DNA of 64,000 bases from Alphaproteobacteria bacterium (GCA_017463185.1 JAFTPS010000014.1:40514-104513); one strand, 5' to 3'; numbered from the stretch's first letter, positions 52,024-61,773 are shown. Made by a program: numbers and translations. The notes: a model not told the origin generated them from the sequence alone.

Positions 52024-52883
52024 ATTATATAGATATATTTTTAGAAGCCTTATCCGCCGAAAAAGGACGTAGCAAAAAAACATTATCAAGCTATGAATCC
52101 GACCTGCGATTGGCCGATAGTGCCATTGACGGCGGATTGATGAAAGCCACCGCCCCAGACATTCAAAAATACCTTGCGTCTTTACCAGACAAACCTTCAT
52201 CGGTCGCACGCAAGGCATCCGCCCTGCGCGGTTTTTATAAATTTTTAATGTTGGAAAAAATTATAACAAAAAATCCAACCGCGAATTTAGAATTACCAAA
52301 ACCGGGTCGTGCTTTGCCCAAATTTTTATCAGCCGATGAAATTGAATTATTGATTTCCAGCGCGGGCGATATCCGTAATGCAACGCGCCTGCGTGCAATG
52401 ATTGAATTACTTTATGCGTCGGGACTGCGGGTATCGGAATTATGCGAATTGCCAATTACCGCTGTTCTTGGTGATAAATTATTGATTCACGGCAAAGGTG
52501 CCAAGGAACGCCTGGTTCCAATGCACGCACAGGCGCAAGACGCCCTGAGCAAATGGCTGTCCATGCGGGACGCGGATGAAAAATCAAAATACGTATTTCC
52601 ATCCCGTGGAAAGACCGGCCATATAACACGCGACGGATTTTTCAAATTATTAAAAAAGTGTGCAGTGCTGGCCGGCATTTCCCCCGAACGCGTCAGCCCG
52701 CACGTCCTGCGACATTCGTTCGCATCACACCTGTTGGCGGGTGGGGCAAACCTGCGCGCAATTCAGACTATGTTGGGACACGAGGATATTTCCACCACCC
52801 AGATTTACACGCACGTAATGCCGGAAAAACTGCGTGAAACCGTTATCCAGCACCACCCATTATCAACGCAAAAGGTAAATTAA
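52020..52883 (+). CDS. xerD: Tyrosine recombinase XerD/XerC family
   Basis: Start trimmed to MNYIDIFLEAL. ..LLYASGLRVSEL.., ..HGKGAKERLVP.., ..HVLRHSFASHLL..LGHEDISTTQIYTHV. Confidence 0.85.
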   Translation: MNYIDIFLEALSAEKGRSKKTLSSYESDLRLADSAIDGGLMKATAPDIQKYLASLPDKPSSVARKASALRGFYKFLMLEKIITKNPTANLELPKPGRALPKFLSADEIELLISSAGDIRNATRLRAMIELLYASGLRVSELCELPITAVLGDKLLIHGKGAKERLVPMHAQAQDALSKWLSMRDADEKSKYVFPSRGKTGHITRDGFFKLLKKCAVLAGISPERVSPHVLRHSFASHLLAGGANLRAIQTMLGHEDISTTQIYTHVMPEKLRETVIQHHPLSTQKVN

Positions 52884-52884
52884 A

Positions 52885-53388
52885 ATGATAAAAAAATGCG
52901 ACCACCCGGGTTGTACCAAGGCCGGAACATGCCGTGCACCCAAAACACGCGATTTGCGTGAATACTGGTTTTTCTGCACTGAACACGCCGCCGAATATAA
53001 CAAGAATTGGAATTACTATGCCGATATGACCCCCGATGAAATAGAGGCCGACTGGGAACGTCAAACTTTCGGCGCACCGTTAAAGGATAAAAATACGGCC
53101 AACACAGACGCAAACGATTATGCAAAATTTATAAATGATTTTATCACAGGTCGCAGTGCATTTGACCGCGTACCGGCAAAAAGCAAACTGCCCACCAATG
53201 TTGTATCCGCGTTAAAGGTATTTGACCTGGGGATTTCCGCCACCTGGCGCGATGTTGGCATTAAATATCGCGCATTAGCAAAAAAATACCACCCCGACAC
53301 CGCCACCGACAAGAAAAATGCAGCAACCGAATTTGCCCGCATTTCCACCGCATACGACATTTTGAAAAAACATTTCGGCAAAAAATAA
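52885..53388 (+). CDS. J-domain protein (C-terminal DnaJ domain, N-terminal Cys/His-rich region)
   Basis: ..YRALAKKYHPDTATDKK..FARISTAYDIL... N-terminal CDHPGCTKAGTCRAP..FFCTEH. Confidence 0.75.
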   Translation: MIKKCDHPGCTKAGTCRAPKTRDLREYWFFCTEHAAEYNKNWNYYADMTPDEIEADWERQTFGAPLKDKNTANTDANDYAKFINDFITGRSAFDRVPAKSKLPTNVVSALKVFDLGISATWRDVGIKYRALAKKYHPDTATDKKNAATEFARISTAYDILKKHFGKK

Positions 53389-53399
53389 AAATTGGGAAA

Positions 53400-53520
53400 A
53401 CGTGCCTGTGGCAATCATGGGCCATATATTGCATATTTACATCGCGGATAACAATTCGCACCGCGAACACTGTACCAAAACAAAGGACTTTCTGAGGCCC
53501 GAACCCACATCCCTATGGGC
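53400..53520 (-). ncRNA. Third, truncated copy (R3) of the R-class leader 5' module, with no downstream CDS
   Basis: The minus strand reads CCCATAGGGATGTGGGTTCGGGCC (53496..53519), versus CCATAGGGATATGGCTTCGGGACC (R1) and CCATAGGGATATGGGTTCGGGGC (R2). It also shares GGTGCGAAtT and TTATCCGCG blocks. No obvious promoter. Confidence 0.4.
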
Positions 53521-53529
53521 AATGTTTGC

Positions 53530-53562
53530 AAAAAAAATACCGGCATCATGTCGGTATTTTTT
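53530..53562. terminator. Palindromic terminator
   Basis: AAAAAAAATACCGgcatcatgtCGGTATTTTTT. Confidence 0.7.
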
Positions 53563-53609
53563 CACGCGTCAATTTGCCCCCCAGATATTTTTATGATATA
53601 ATCAGGTTC

Positions 53610-54290
53610 ATGAAACGTTCCATTTGGTTTTGGCTGTATTTTATAGTTGCCATTATTTTGGCAATATACTTTTCATCACGAATTATTATGACGGGGCTGT
53701 CCCACGGCCAACTATCACGCGTTCACCGTGTTTCTATATCCGCCGACACAGGGGGCAAGGATTTATCCACAATCATCACCGCCGCCGCGGTTGCCCCCGA
53801 CACGGATTCATATTCACTGGACCTGGCGGCGATGAATGCGCGTGTTGGTGCGGTACCGGGCGTACGCGCATCGGCGGTTCGTCGCCTGCCAAATGGTAAT
53901 TTGGCGGTACGCGTATCACTGTATCGGGCGGTCGCCCTGTGGACCGACGGGGAAAATTATTTTCCACTGTCCGCCGATGGCACAATAGTCAATAAACCAA
54001 CTGATACGCGCGATGCGGGCGATGTTGTTTTTCGCGGTCCCCTGCCCCGTGATATATCCCGTATAACCAAGGTTGCACATAATCTGGTTGGTGAAATTGA
54101 TTATTTGGAATGGATTGAAAATCGCCGGTGGAATCTGCACACAACTGGGGGCATAACCGTACTGTTACCCGAATCCAACCCGGATACCGCAATCAGTTCA
54201 TTGATGGTCCTGCAACGCAATCATAAAATTTTACAGCGCGACATAACCGTAATAGATATGCGCGACGATGCGCGTATTTTGGTAAAATAA
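53610..54290 (+). CDS. ftsQ: Cell division protein FtsQ
   Basis: Start trimmed to MKRSIWFWLYFIVAIILAIYF (TM helix). POTRA-like region. Followed by ftsA. Confidence 0.8.
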   Translation: MKRSIWFWLYFIVAIILAIYFSSRIIMTGLSHGQLSRVHRVSISADTGGKDLSTIITAAAVAPDTDSYSLDLAAMNARVGAVPGVRASAVRRLPNGNLAVRVSLYRAVALWTDGENYFPLSADGTIVNKPTDTRDAGDVVFRGPLPRDISRITKVAHNLVGEIDYLEWIENRRWNLHTTGGITVLLPESNPDTAISSLMVLQRNHKILQRDITVIDMRDDARILVK

Positions 54291-54303
54291 AAAAAACAAC
54301 AAA

Positions 54304-56085
54304 ATGAACCTGTATGATTCATCTTTTCTATGCCTGGATATTGGCACACAGTGCGTGCGTGGCGTGGCACATCGTGTGCGCGGTGCGAATATTGACCGTT
54401 CGGCTTTTTTCTCGGTGGAAAGTCATGACACGGTCTTTGCCCTGAAATCTGTAATTGATGAATTGGAAAAACAAATTGGCGCACATTTTGACAGTGCATA
54501 TATTACCGGCAACCTGGGGCAATCACAATTTGAAATGATGGCAAAAAGTACGGTCTGGGGCGGCGAACATAAAATTTCTGCATCCGACATTCGTACCCAG
54601 ATTTCACAAATCACACCCCCCGACGGTTATTTTCCAATGCATATTGTACCATTGCGATATGACACACCATCATCACGCAACATGTTATCACCCGCGGGCT
54701 ACATTGACCGACAATTGATATCTGCATTTGGTGCGATATTTTATTCGCGCGAGGGACTGAATAAAATATATGAAATTTTACGCAGTGCCCATATCCAAGC
54801 CGACGCATTCTATGACCCACAATTTTTACAGAACGCCGCATATCGGCAAAAAAAGCAACCCACAATGTTTATTGATTTTGGTGCCGAATTTACATCTGCA
54901 TCCATTTGGACCGACCGGGGACCGGTATGGCATACAAAAATAAAACTGGGTGGCACAGATATAACGAACGCAATATCAAAAACGCTGAACATAGACTTTG
55001 ATGCCGCAGACCGTATAAAGCGTGCGGTTGCATCCCTGTTACCTAAGGAAATGGACCGCTTTACCCCGGCCGACACAGCATATGATTTTTCCCGGGGCGA
55101 TATAAACGACATAATACTGCCCATACTGGTGGACACTATCGCCCAGATAAAGGACCAATGCCTAACATCATTTACAAAATATCATCCAACAAAAATTATT
55201 ATGACGGGCGGCGGCACAGATATAGAGGGTTTGCGTGATTTCATTGAAAACGCATTTGCCATTACAACCGATGCATTGCCGACCGATTGCACCGTACGTG
55301 CATTATCAACATACATTTGGAATATGGAATCGGCACACCGAAACGCATACATTGCCCGTCGCGAACGCTGGTCACGACGCTTTGAATGGATTGCACGCCC
55401 ATTTCGTCGCCACCCTAAACCGCGTAAACGTTTTATTCCAATTTTACCCAGTACGCTTTGCTTTAATATGAAACGCGCAAATACATATACCCTGTTCCAA
55501 TCGGCGGGCATATCAATGATACATATTGATATTATGGATGGTTTTTATGTTGACCGTATCGCGGGCAGCATTGACCAAATTAAATTTATCCGTGCACATA
55601 CAAACGCACACCTGCATGTGCATTTAATGACCGAAAGCCCCACCATCTGGGCCGCTGACGCAATTGCCGCTGGCGCAGACAGTGTAATTTTATCAACAAA
55701 CACTTCTGGTTTACGTACAGCACTGCGTGCCGTGCGGGCAGCGGGTCGTCGCGCGGGTGTTGCACTAAATCCTGAATCATCTGTATCATTGCTGAAACCA
55801 ATCCTGCGTGAAATAGACGAGGTTATGATTATGTCCGTCGCCCCAGGTGCTGCGGGCCAGGCATTTAACCCAGATTCCCTGCACAAGATTTCGGTCCTGG
55901 CGGCAACACGTAAAAAATATGGATTAAAATTTATAATATCTGTTGACGGTGGCATAAATGAAAAAACCGCCCAACTATGTTGGGACGCAGGGGCTGATAT
56001 GTTGGTCAGTGGTTCATACCTGGCAAAATCGCCTGATTTTCCATTGGCTATCCAAAGCCTGTTAAAGAAAAACACACAAAACTAA
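54304..56085 (+). CDS. ftsA: Single-ORF fusion of FtsA and ribulose-phosphate 3-epimerase (Rpe)
   Basis: aa 1-345 are FtsA-like (LDIGTQ.., ..LGGTDITNAI.., ..IIMTGGGTDIEGL..). aa 350-376 form a basic amphipathic segment RWSRRFEWIARPFRR. aa 378-593 are Rpe-like (..HIDIMDG.., HVHLMTE, ..MSVAPGAAGQ.., ..SVDGGIN..). Confidence 0.8.
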   Translation: MNLYDSSFLCLDIGTQCVRGVAHRVRGANIDRSAFFSVESHDTVFALKSVIDELEKQIGAHFDSAYITGNLGQSQFEMMAKSTVWGGEHKISASDIRTQISQITPPDGYFPMHIVPLRYDTPSSRNMLSPAGYIDRQLISAFGAIFYSREGLNKIYEILRSAHIQADAFYDPQFLQNAAYRQKKQPTMFIDFGAEFTSASIWTDRGPVWHTKIKLGGTDITNAISKTLNIDFDAADRIKRAVASLLPKEMDRFTPADTAYDFSRGDINDIILPILVDTIAQIKDQCLTSFTKYHPTKIIMTGGGTDIEGLRDFIENAFAITTDALPTDCTVRALSTYIWNMESAHRNAYIARRERWSRRFEWIARPFRRHPKPRKRFIPILPSTLCFNMKRANTYTLFQSAGISMIHIDIMDGFYVDRIAGSIDQIKFIRAHTNAHLHVHLMTESPTIWAADAIAAGADSVILSTNTSGLRTALRAVRAAGRRAGVALNPESSVSLLKPILREIDEVMIMSVAPGAAGQAFNPDSLHKISVLAATRKKYGLKFIISVDGGINEKTAQLCWDAGADMLVSGSYLAKSPDFPLAIQSLLKKNTQN

Positions 56086-56088
56086 AAA

Positions 56089-56469
56089 TTACATCGCACG
56101 CAATAAATATCCGCGACGGAACATACATTTGCGATATGCCCCAACGGACCTAGATGTCGTATTTCGTGGCACAGACATTAAACTACGTTGTCCAACATCC
56201 TTGTATTCATTTGATTGAAATGTCACCCACAATCCATCCCAGTCCGGCATCTGATTTGCCTGGTTTGGTGCCAACAATTTTGCGATACGCGAACGCGGCT
56301 GATATGACGGTTTTGTGATACCCAAACACGATTTATGGTCGCGCACAAATTGTTCAGTTGTCACACTTTCATTTTCCCAATTCAGCACCGTAGCATCATC
56401 AATACTGCCCCGATTTACGGATGCACATGAACACAATAATAAAAATAATGCCAGAAATTTTATTCTCAT
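56089..56469 (-). CDS. Lipoprotein, unknown function
   Basis: MRIKFLALFLLLCSCAS lipobox. 126 aa. Confidence 0.6.
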   Translation of the reverse strand: MRIKFLALFLLLCSCASVNRGSIDDATVLNWENESVTTEQFVRDHKSCLGITKPSYQPRSRIAKLLAPNQANQMPDWDGLWVTFQSNEYKDVGQRSLMSVPRNTTSRSVGAYRKCMFRRGYLLRAM

Positions 56470-56546
56470 ACTTTATATTATAATTTAATTGCGTTGGGGG
56501 GGCAATAGTTTTTATAATGCAAAAAAAAGAGAGAAAGGACAACACC

Positions 56547-56870
56547 ATGGCAATATCCGTCCAGGGATTTATAAAATTGGCAAATTATTATAATCAGACC
56601 GCAATGCTGATGTCGGCAATTTGTGTTCAAAAGGGTGGAATTGCAATGGAAAATTATGTGGGCCGTTTCTTTGCGGCAGATGTACTGGAATATATTGTTG
56701 AATACGGTCGTCGCCTGCAAAGTGCCGGTGTGGCAATACCCGCGGAAATCGTGGCGGTAATAAATCGCTTTGCCGCACAGTACGAACGCGTGCGCGATTT
56801 GGCCACACCAACCCAGAAACCCTTTCACGAAATGACATTGGCGGAATTTGAAAAAGTAATGAATATTTAA
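56547..56870 (+). CDS. Hypothetical cytoplasmic protein
   Basis: Start moved to the ATG preceded by AAAGGA. 107 aa. No family recognised. Confidence 0.5.
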   Translation: MAISVQGFIKLANYYNQTAMLMSAICVQKGGIAMENYVGRFFAADVLEYIVEYGRRLQSAGVAIPAEIVAVINRFAAQYERVRDLATPTQKPFHEMTLAEFEKVMNI

Positions 56871-56884
56871 GCGGAGAAAAAAAT

Positions 56885-58219
56885 ATGAACACCATAAAAA
56901 AATTTTTCTATCTGTGCATTATCCCCTATGCCATGTGCATACTGCCGGGCTGCACCCAAACACGCCAACAGGACATTCCTCAATATGACAATATCACCGT
57001 TGTTGACCAATTGGTAATTGATGAAAATTCTGTTCCAATATTTCCGAAAAAGGCGGCATTGACCACGGACACTGCCCGTCGTTTTTCTATTGAATTACCT
57101 AAACGGTGCGAGGTTGACTGGAATAATCAAAATGTTGTATCCGTTGTACCGTCCGAGCATATTGAAATTATCCGCCTGAATACCGGCGACGAATTACCCG
57201 AATTACAGGTATCAGACTATGAATTCAAAGATTTAACCGTACGCCGCGCCCTGGATAAATTACTAGAAGGCACCGATATCGCCGTCGTAGAGGAATCAGA
57301 ATTATACGAAAAAATCACAGGTACCATTACGGCGGGCGAATTGTCTGATGCCGTTGAATTGATGACAAAAATGGGACGCGCATATTATTCATATGATGCG
57401 GCTGCGGGCGAATTGACCCTTAGTCACCGCGCAAAATGGCTGATAAAAATGCCAAAAAACGAAACCATAATTATGGCATTATTGGATGCAATGCACGGCG
57501 CAGATATGCGGAATCTGTTGGTAAACTGGCACGACAAAACCGTTGTATTTGAAGGTAATTATCAAACCGAACGCGAAGTCGCAAAAATCATCTCTGACAT
57601 TTCATCTAAAAAATATATGATTGCCTGGGATATTGATGTATATCGTGTCTATCCCCGTACAGACAACCCAATTGTATGGATGAATATGTTGCCAGCATTT
57701 GGCGATAAAAATATCCGTATGTCAATCCCGGGTGTTGTTGGTCGCGCCCTGGTGGTCAGCCCCGAAATCAACACAAAAACATTACAAGAATTTATGGCAC
57801 AACAAGCTAATGTTGTTTTGATTTCCCAGGGTACATTTGCAATCCCCAACGGCTGGCAATCACGATTTGATATTGGACAATGCGGCAAAGAAGAACGCCT
57901 GGAAACAGATTTAATAATCGGCGCGACTGGCACATATGGGGATTTTGGTGGCACAAATAAAATTGATGCAAAAATAGTCCTGCGTACCAGCCAGGGTGAA
58001 TTATCATCATTTACAATACCATCCAGTATCGGGGACAATTATGTAATAGTAGGTATACCAACCCACTCGTTTGTAACAACCCCTGAAACACTGGTTTCTC
58101 CGTTTGCAGAATTGGTGGTATTTATGTCACCACGTGTAATCTCAATTGCGGACAACGCTGGCATACAACAGTCAAACGAATTGATTGGTGACGCATTACG
58201 TGATTTTTTGAATGACTAA
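56885..58219 (+). CDS. Lipoprotein with secretin-like features (tentative)
   Basis: Lipobox ILPGCT. N-terminal ..DYEFKDLTVRRALDKLLEGTDIAVVEE.. resembles secretin N0/STN domains. The C-terminal ..FAELVVFMSPRVI.. resembles the secretin ..ELLIFITPRIV end. Confidence 0.35.
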   Translation: MNTIKKFFYLCIIPYAMCILPGCTQTRQQDIPQYDNITVVDQLVIDENSVPIFPKKAALTTDTARRFSIELPKRCEVDWNNQNVVSVVPSEHIEIIRLNTGDELPELQVSDYEFKDLTVRRALDKLLEGTDIAVVEESELYEKITGTITAGELSDAVELMTKMGRAYYSYDAAAGELTLSHRAKWLIKMPKNETIIMALLDAMHGADMRNLLVNWHDKTVVFEGNYQTEREVAKIISDISSKKYMIAWDIDVYRVYPRTDNPIVWMNMLPAFGDKNIRMSIPGVVGRALVVSPEINTKTLQEFMAQQANVVLISQGTFAIPNGWQSRFDIGQCGKEERLETDLIIGATGTYGDFGGTNKIDAKIVLRTSQGELSSFTIPSSIGDNYVIVGIPTHSFVTTPETLVSPFAELVVFMSPRVISIADNAGIQQSNELIGDALRDFLND

Positions 58220-58230
58220 GGGAATGATTT

Positions 58231-59484
58231 ATGTTTTCAAAACTGGAACGAAAAATTGCATTTAGATATCTGGGCGCAAAAAAACGTGGATTTGGTTCTG
58301 TAATTTCTTGGGTGTCCCTGATTGGAATTATGTTGGGTGTTGCGACACTGATTGTTGTAATGTCCGTTATGGGCGGCTTTCACGACACACTATTGGGCCG
58401 CATTGTCGGAATGAATGGTCATGTTGTTGTCTACCACCAGGATGGCGCGATATCAGATTTTGATTTTCTGATTGATAAAATGAAACAAAATAAAATTGTC
58501 GCCACACATGCAACCGATATTGTCCCCATTGCAGAAGGTCAAGTTATGGCCACAGCCAACGGCAATAATACTGGCGCAATTGTACGTGGAATCCGTATGT
58601 CCGACCTGGCAAAAAAGACAAAAACTGGCACACGCATCTATGGCAAAGATTTAACCGCTATTACCGACGGTGAATTAGTCGCGGGAAATTCCCTGACCCG
58701 TACATTACGCGTCACAATGGGCGATAAAATATCACTGGTTTCGGCCAGTGGCGCAACCCCAACCCCATTTGGCACTATGCCACGCATTATGTCATATCCG
58801 GTAATGTCATCATTTTTTATGGGAATGTATGAATATGACTCGGGCTATATATTTATGCCATTGGAAACCGCACAAAAATATTTGAACATTGGCAATGCGG
58901 TCACACACATAGACCTGTTCCTGACCAACCCAGAAGATACCACCGTCGTCGTGAACGCGCTGACCACCCTGTTGCCGGATGGATTTGTTGTACGCGATTG
59001 GCGCGATTTGAATCGCGGATTTGTCGGCGCATTACAGGTTGAATCAAATGTTATGTTTTTAATCCTGCTGCTGATTGTAATCGTTGCGGCATTTAACATA
59101 GTGTCCAGTCTGGTTATGTTGGTCAAGGATAAAAACAAAGATATCGCAGTCCTGCGAACATTTGGTGTATCGCGTCGGTCCATGATGAAAATATTTGTGT
59201 TATCGGGAACACTAATCGGTATCATTGGTGCATTTTTTGGAACAATCTTTGGCGTACTGATTGCAATTTATATTGAACCTATACGCCAATTCTTTCAATG
59301 GTTGACCGGCCGAGACCTGTTTCCGGCGGAATTGTATTATTTATCGGAACTGCCGTCTAAGTTGGTATGGACCAATGTTCTGGGCATTGCGTTGATTGCA
59401 ATATTATTAGCATTTCTGGCAACATTGTATCCAGCCTGGAAAGCCGCCAACACTGACCCAGTGGAAGTTTTGCGCAATGAATAA
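58231..59484 (+). CDS. lolC: Lipoprotein-releasing system permease LolC/LolE family
   Basis: 417 aa with a MacB/FtsX-type topology. ..FRYLGAKKRGFGSVISW.. followed by lolD. Confidence 0.88.
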   Translation: MFSKLERKIAFRYLGAKKRGFGSVISWVSLIGIMLGVATLIVVMSVMGGFHDTLLGRIVGMNGHVVVYHQDGAISDFDFLIDKMKQNKIVATHATDIVPIAEGQVMATANGNNTGAIVRGIRMSDLAKKTKTGTRIYGKDLTAITDGELVAGNSLTRTLRVTMGDKISLVSASGATPTPFGTMPRIMSYPVMSSFFMGMYEYDSGYIFMPLETAQKYLNIGNAVTHIDLFLTNPEDTTVVVNALTTLLPDGFVVRDWRDLNRGFVGALQVESNVMFLILLLIVIVAAFNIVSSLVMLVKDKNKDIAVLRTFGVSRRSMMKIFVLSGTLIGIIGAFFGTIFGVLIAIYIEPIRQFFQWLTGRDLFPAELYYLSELPSKLVWTNVLGIALIAILLAFLATLYPAWKAANTDPVEVLRNE

Positions 59485-59496
59485 AGGATGTAATAA

Positions 59497-60207
59497 ATGA
59501 CGAATATTCTAAATTCTTTATCAAAAATAACCCCTGGCGACATTGTTATGTCGGTACGCGACATAAAAAAAACTTTTATAGAGGGCGGTCAACCCCTGCA
59601 CATCCTGCGTGGTGGTGGTTTTGATTTACACCGCGGTGAAATTATCGCATTGGTCGGACCATCGGGTTCGGGCAAGTCAACATTATTACAATGTGTGGGA
59701 TTATTGGATAAACCCAGCGCGGGCAGTATTCTTATCGGTGGTGCCGCCGTCCAAAAAATGGACGAAGATATGCGCACAAACATTCGTCGCAAAAAAATTG
59801 GATTCGTGTACCAAAAGCATAATCTGCTTGCTGATTTTACCGCACTGGAAAATGTTATGTTACCAATGCTGGCCAACGGTATGGATGAAATCAGCGCACG
59901 TGCACGTGCAATGAAATTATTAAAATCCGCAAATGTTGCGCATCGCGCATCCCATCACCCCGGTGAAATGTCGGGCGGCGAACAACAGCGCACCGCCGTC
60001 GCACGCGCCCTGGCAAATAATCCGGATATTTTATTGGCGGACGAGCCAACCGGCAGTCTGGACCCACAACACGCAATGACAGTATTTGATTTATTATTGG
60101 ATTTAGTACGCAGAAATAAAATGGCAATGTTATTTGTGACGCACGATATGAACCTGGCCCAGCGCGCAGATAAAAAGATTACCATTACAAATGGAATTGT
60201 GGAATAA
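59497..60207 (+). CDS. lolD: Lipoprotein-releasing system ATP-binding protein LolD
   Basis: GPSGSGKST, MSGGEQQRTAVARAL, LLADEPTG. Confidence 0.9.
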   Translation: MTNILNSLSKITPGDIVMSVRDIKKTFIEGGQPLHILRGGGFDLHRGEIIALVGPSGSGKSTLLQCVGLLDKPSAGSILIGGAAVQKMDEDMRTNIRRKKIGFVYQKHNLLADFTALENVMLPMLANGMDEISARARAMKLLKSANVAHRASHHPGEMSGGEQQRTAVARALANNPDILLADEPTGSLDPQHAMTVFDLLLDLVRRNKMAMLFVTHDMNLAQRADKKITITNGIVE

Positions 60208-60228
60208 TATATAAAAAGGAGAGAGCCA

Positions 60229-60774
60229 ATGCCAAAACAAACAAAAAAAGTACAGGTTGTTCACACCACCTCCCAACGCATCTGGGGCATAATCGCACTG
60301 ATTGGATTATTTATCTGTGGGGTTATGTTGGGCTGGGGATTAAATTCACGCCGCGCCGCGCCAGTTTCTGAACTCGAACAAATCACCGCACCCGCCCCCC
60401 AGGTTACCCATGCTGGGCCTAAATCCACCTGTGCCGAGATAGAAGCCCTATTACTGGAACGCATAAACGAGCCTATGAATCCACAATACCAAGATACACA
60501 CATTTATCGTGCAAAAATCTATGCAAATCTGTCCGAGCGTGGCTGTCCAGAAAACAGTGAAAAATATGTCACCCTGGCAAAACAGGAATTGGAAATTGCA
60601 CGCGCACTTGCGGATGATGAGTTTGCAGACGAAGAAACCATAGAAATGGTTGAAACATACAAACGATTAAATATGCAAGCCGCCGCCCAGGAAATTTTTG
60701 AAACCGCAAAAAAACTGACCGACCCCGCCATAGATTTTATTCTGGAAGTAGAAAAAATCATAAACGAACAATAG
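60229..60774 (+). CDS. Membrane-anchored hypothetical protein
   Basis: One N-terminal TM helix and an acidic helical C-terminal region. GGAGAGAG RBS. Confidence 0.55.
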   Translation: MPKQTKKVQVVHTTSQRIWGIIALIGLFICGVMLGWGLNSRRAAPVSELEQITAPAPQVTHAGPKSTCAEIEALLLERINEPMNPQYQDTHIYRAKIYANLSERGCPENSEKYVTLAKQELEIARALADDEFADEETIEMVETYKRLNMQAAAQEIFETAKKLTDPAIDFILEVEKIINEQ

Positions 60775-60783
60775 GAACATATC

Positions 60784-61341
60784 ATGAGACCGCTTATCGC
60801 ATTATTGGGATTTTTATGGGCATTTCCAATTATCGCAGACGAAGTCCCTGCGGACACCACGGCAAACACAGAAACAGTTGCCGCAACGGTGCGCGAACGT
60901 CTGTCGTGTGATGAATTGACGGCAAAAATTGCGGAACTGTCCGCTATTACCGAACCAGACACCATAACGATTGACGAATTGACATCGTACAAATCCGAAC
61001 ATCGTCGCAATTGTTCTAAATCAATGGGGGCTCGTCGCACAAACTTTACCCGTGCAAGTTCCGCCCCCGCAATCGCAACAGCGGACACCACGCCCGTACA
61101 ACCGGAAACAACAGATACAAATACCGAGGCCGCTACCGAACCAGTGGTTGCCGACCCCACGCCTAAACCCGAATTGACCGCCGAACAAATTACGGAAAAC
61201 ATCAATGCGGGCCTGTGTGCCGATGGCAGCGAACCAAACAAATTCGGTTGTTGCGGCGATGAAAAATTCAAAGATTTGGGTAATACAGTATTTGCCTGTT
61301 GTCCACCAGACGGCGGCGATTGCTTCCCCCCACTGCGGTAA
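60784..61341 (+). CDS. Secreted protein with Thr/Pro/Glu-rich spacer and C-terminal Cys knot (..FGCCGDEKF..FACCPPDGGDC..)
   Basis: Signal peptide MRPLIALLGFLWAFPIIA. 185 aa. Confidence 0.6.
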   Translation: MRPLIALLGFLWAFPIIADEVPADTTANTETVAATVRERLSCDELTAKIAELSAITEPDTITIDELTSYKSEHRRNCSKSMGARRTNFTRASSAPAIATADTTPVQPETTDTNTEAATEPVVADPTPKPELTAEQITENINAGLCADGSEPNKFGCCGDEKFKDLGNTVFACCPPDGGDCFPPLR

Positions 61342-61347
61342 AAAAAT

Positions 61348-61737
61348 ATGAAAAAACCCGAAAAAAATTTTACATTTCCCCAATCCGCGTCGGTTATAAA
61401 ATATATTCGTAAAAAGTACACGACCGAACCAGAATTTCTGTGGAAAAAATTTCCACGATATGCAATCTGGCGATATGAAAAAAATAATAAATGGTATGGG
61501 GTAATAATGTCAATTCCGCGCATAAAATTGGGATTGTCGGGCGATGATATGATTGAAATTCTGGACCTGCGAATAGATACAAACGAAATACCATTGGCAA
61601 TTGACAACAAACATTATTTTCCTGGCTGGCATATGAATAAAAATCATTGGATAACAATAATCCTGGATGGCTCGGTTGCCCTATCCGAAATATACCACCG
61701 AATTGATAACAGTTATCAAATCACCACCAATAAATAA
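61348..61737 (+). CDS. MmcQ/YjbR-family DNA-binding protein
   Basis: ..PEFLWKKFPRYAIWRYEKNNKWYGVIM.. and ..PGWHMNKNHWITIILDGSV.. Confidence 0.75.
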   Translation: MKKPEKNFTFPQSASVIKYIRKKYTTEPEFLWKKFPRYAIWRYEKNNKWYGVIMSIPRIKLGLSGDDMIEILDLRIDTNEIPLAIDNKHYFPGWHMNKNHWITIILDGSVALSEIYHRIDNSYQITTNK

Positions 61738-61744
61738 CCATACC

Positions 61745-61773
61745 TTGATTCTGGAAAATCAAACTGATATAAT
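61745..61773 (+). promoter_or_regulatory. Consensus-like promoter TTGATT-17-TATAAT
   Basis: Hexamers at 61745..61750 and 61768..61773. Confidence 0.55.

Noticed and set aside
60519-61610. A 363-aa minus-strand ORF spanning three plus-strand genes.
   Set aside because: It is antisense to well-supported genes with RBSs and signal peptides. The product is low-complexity (Ser/Ala/Val-rich) with no recognisable motifs. This is a typical shadow ORF.
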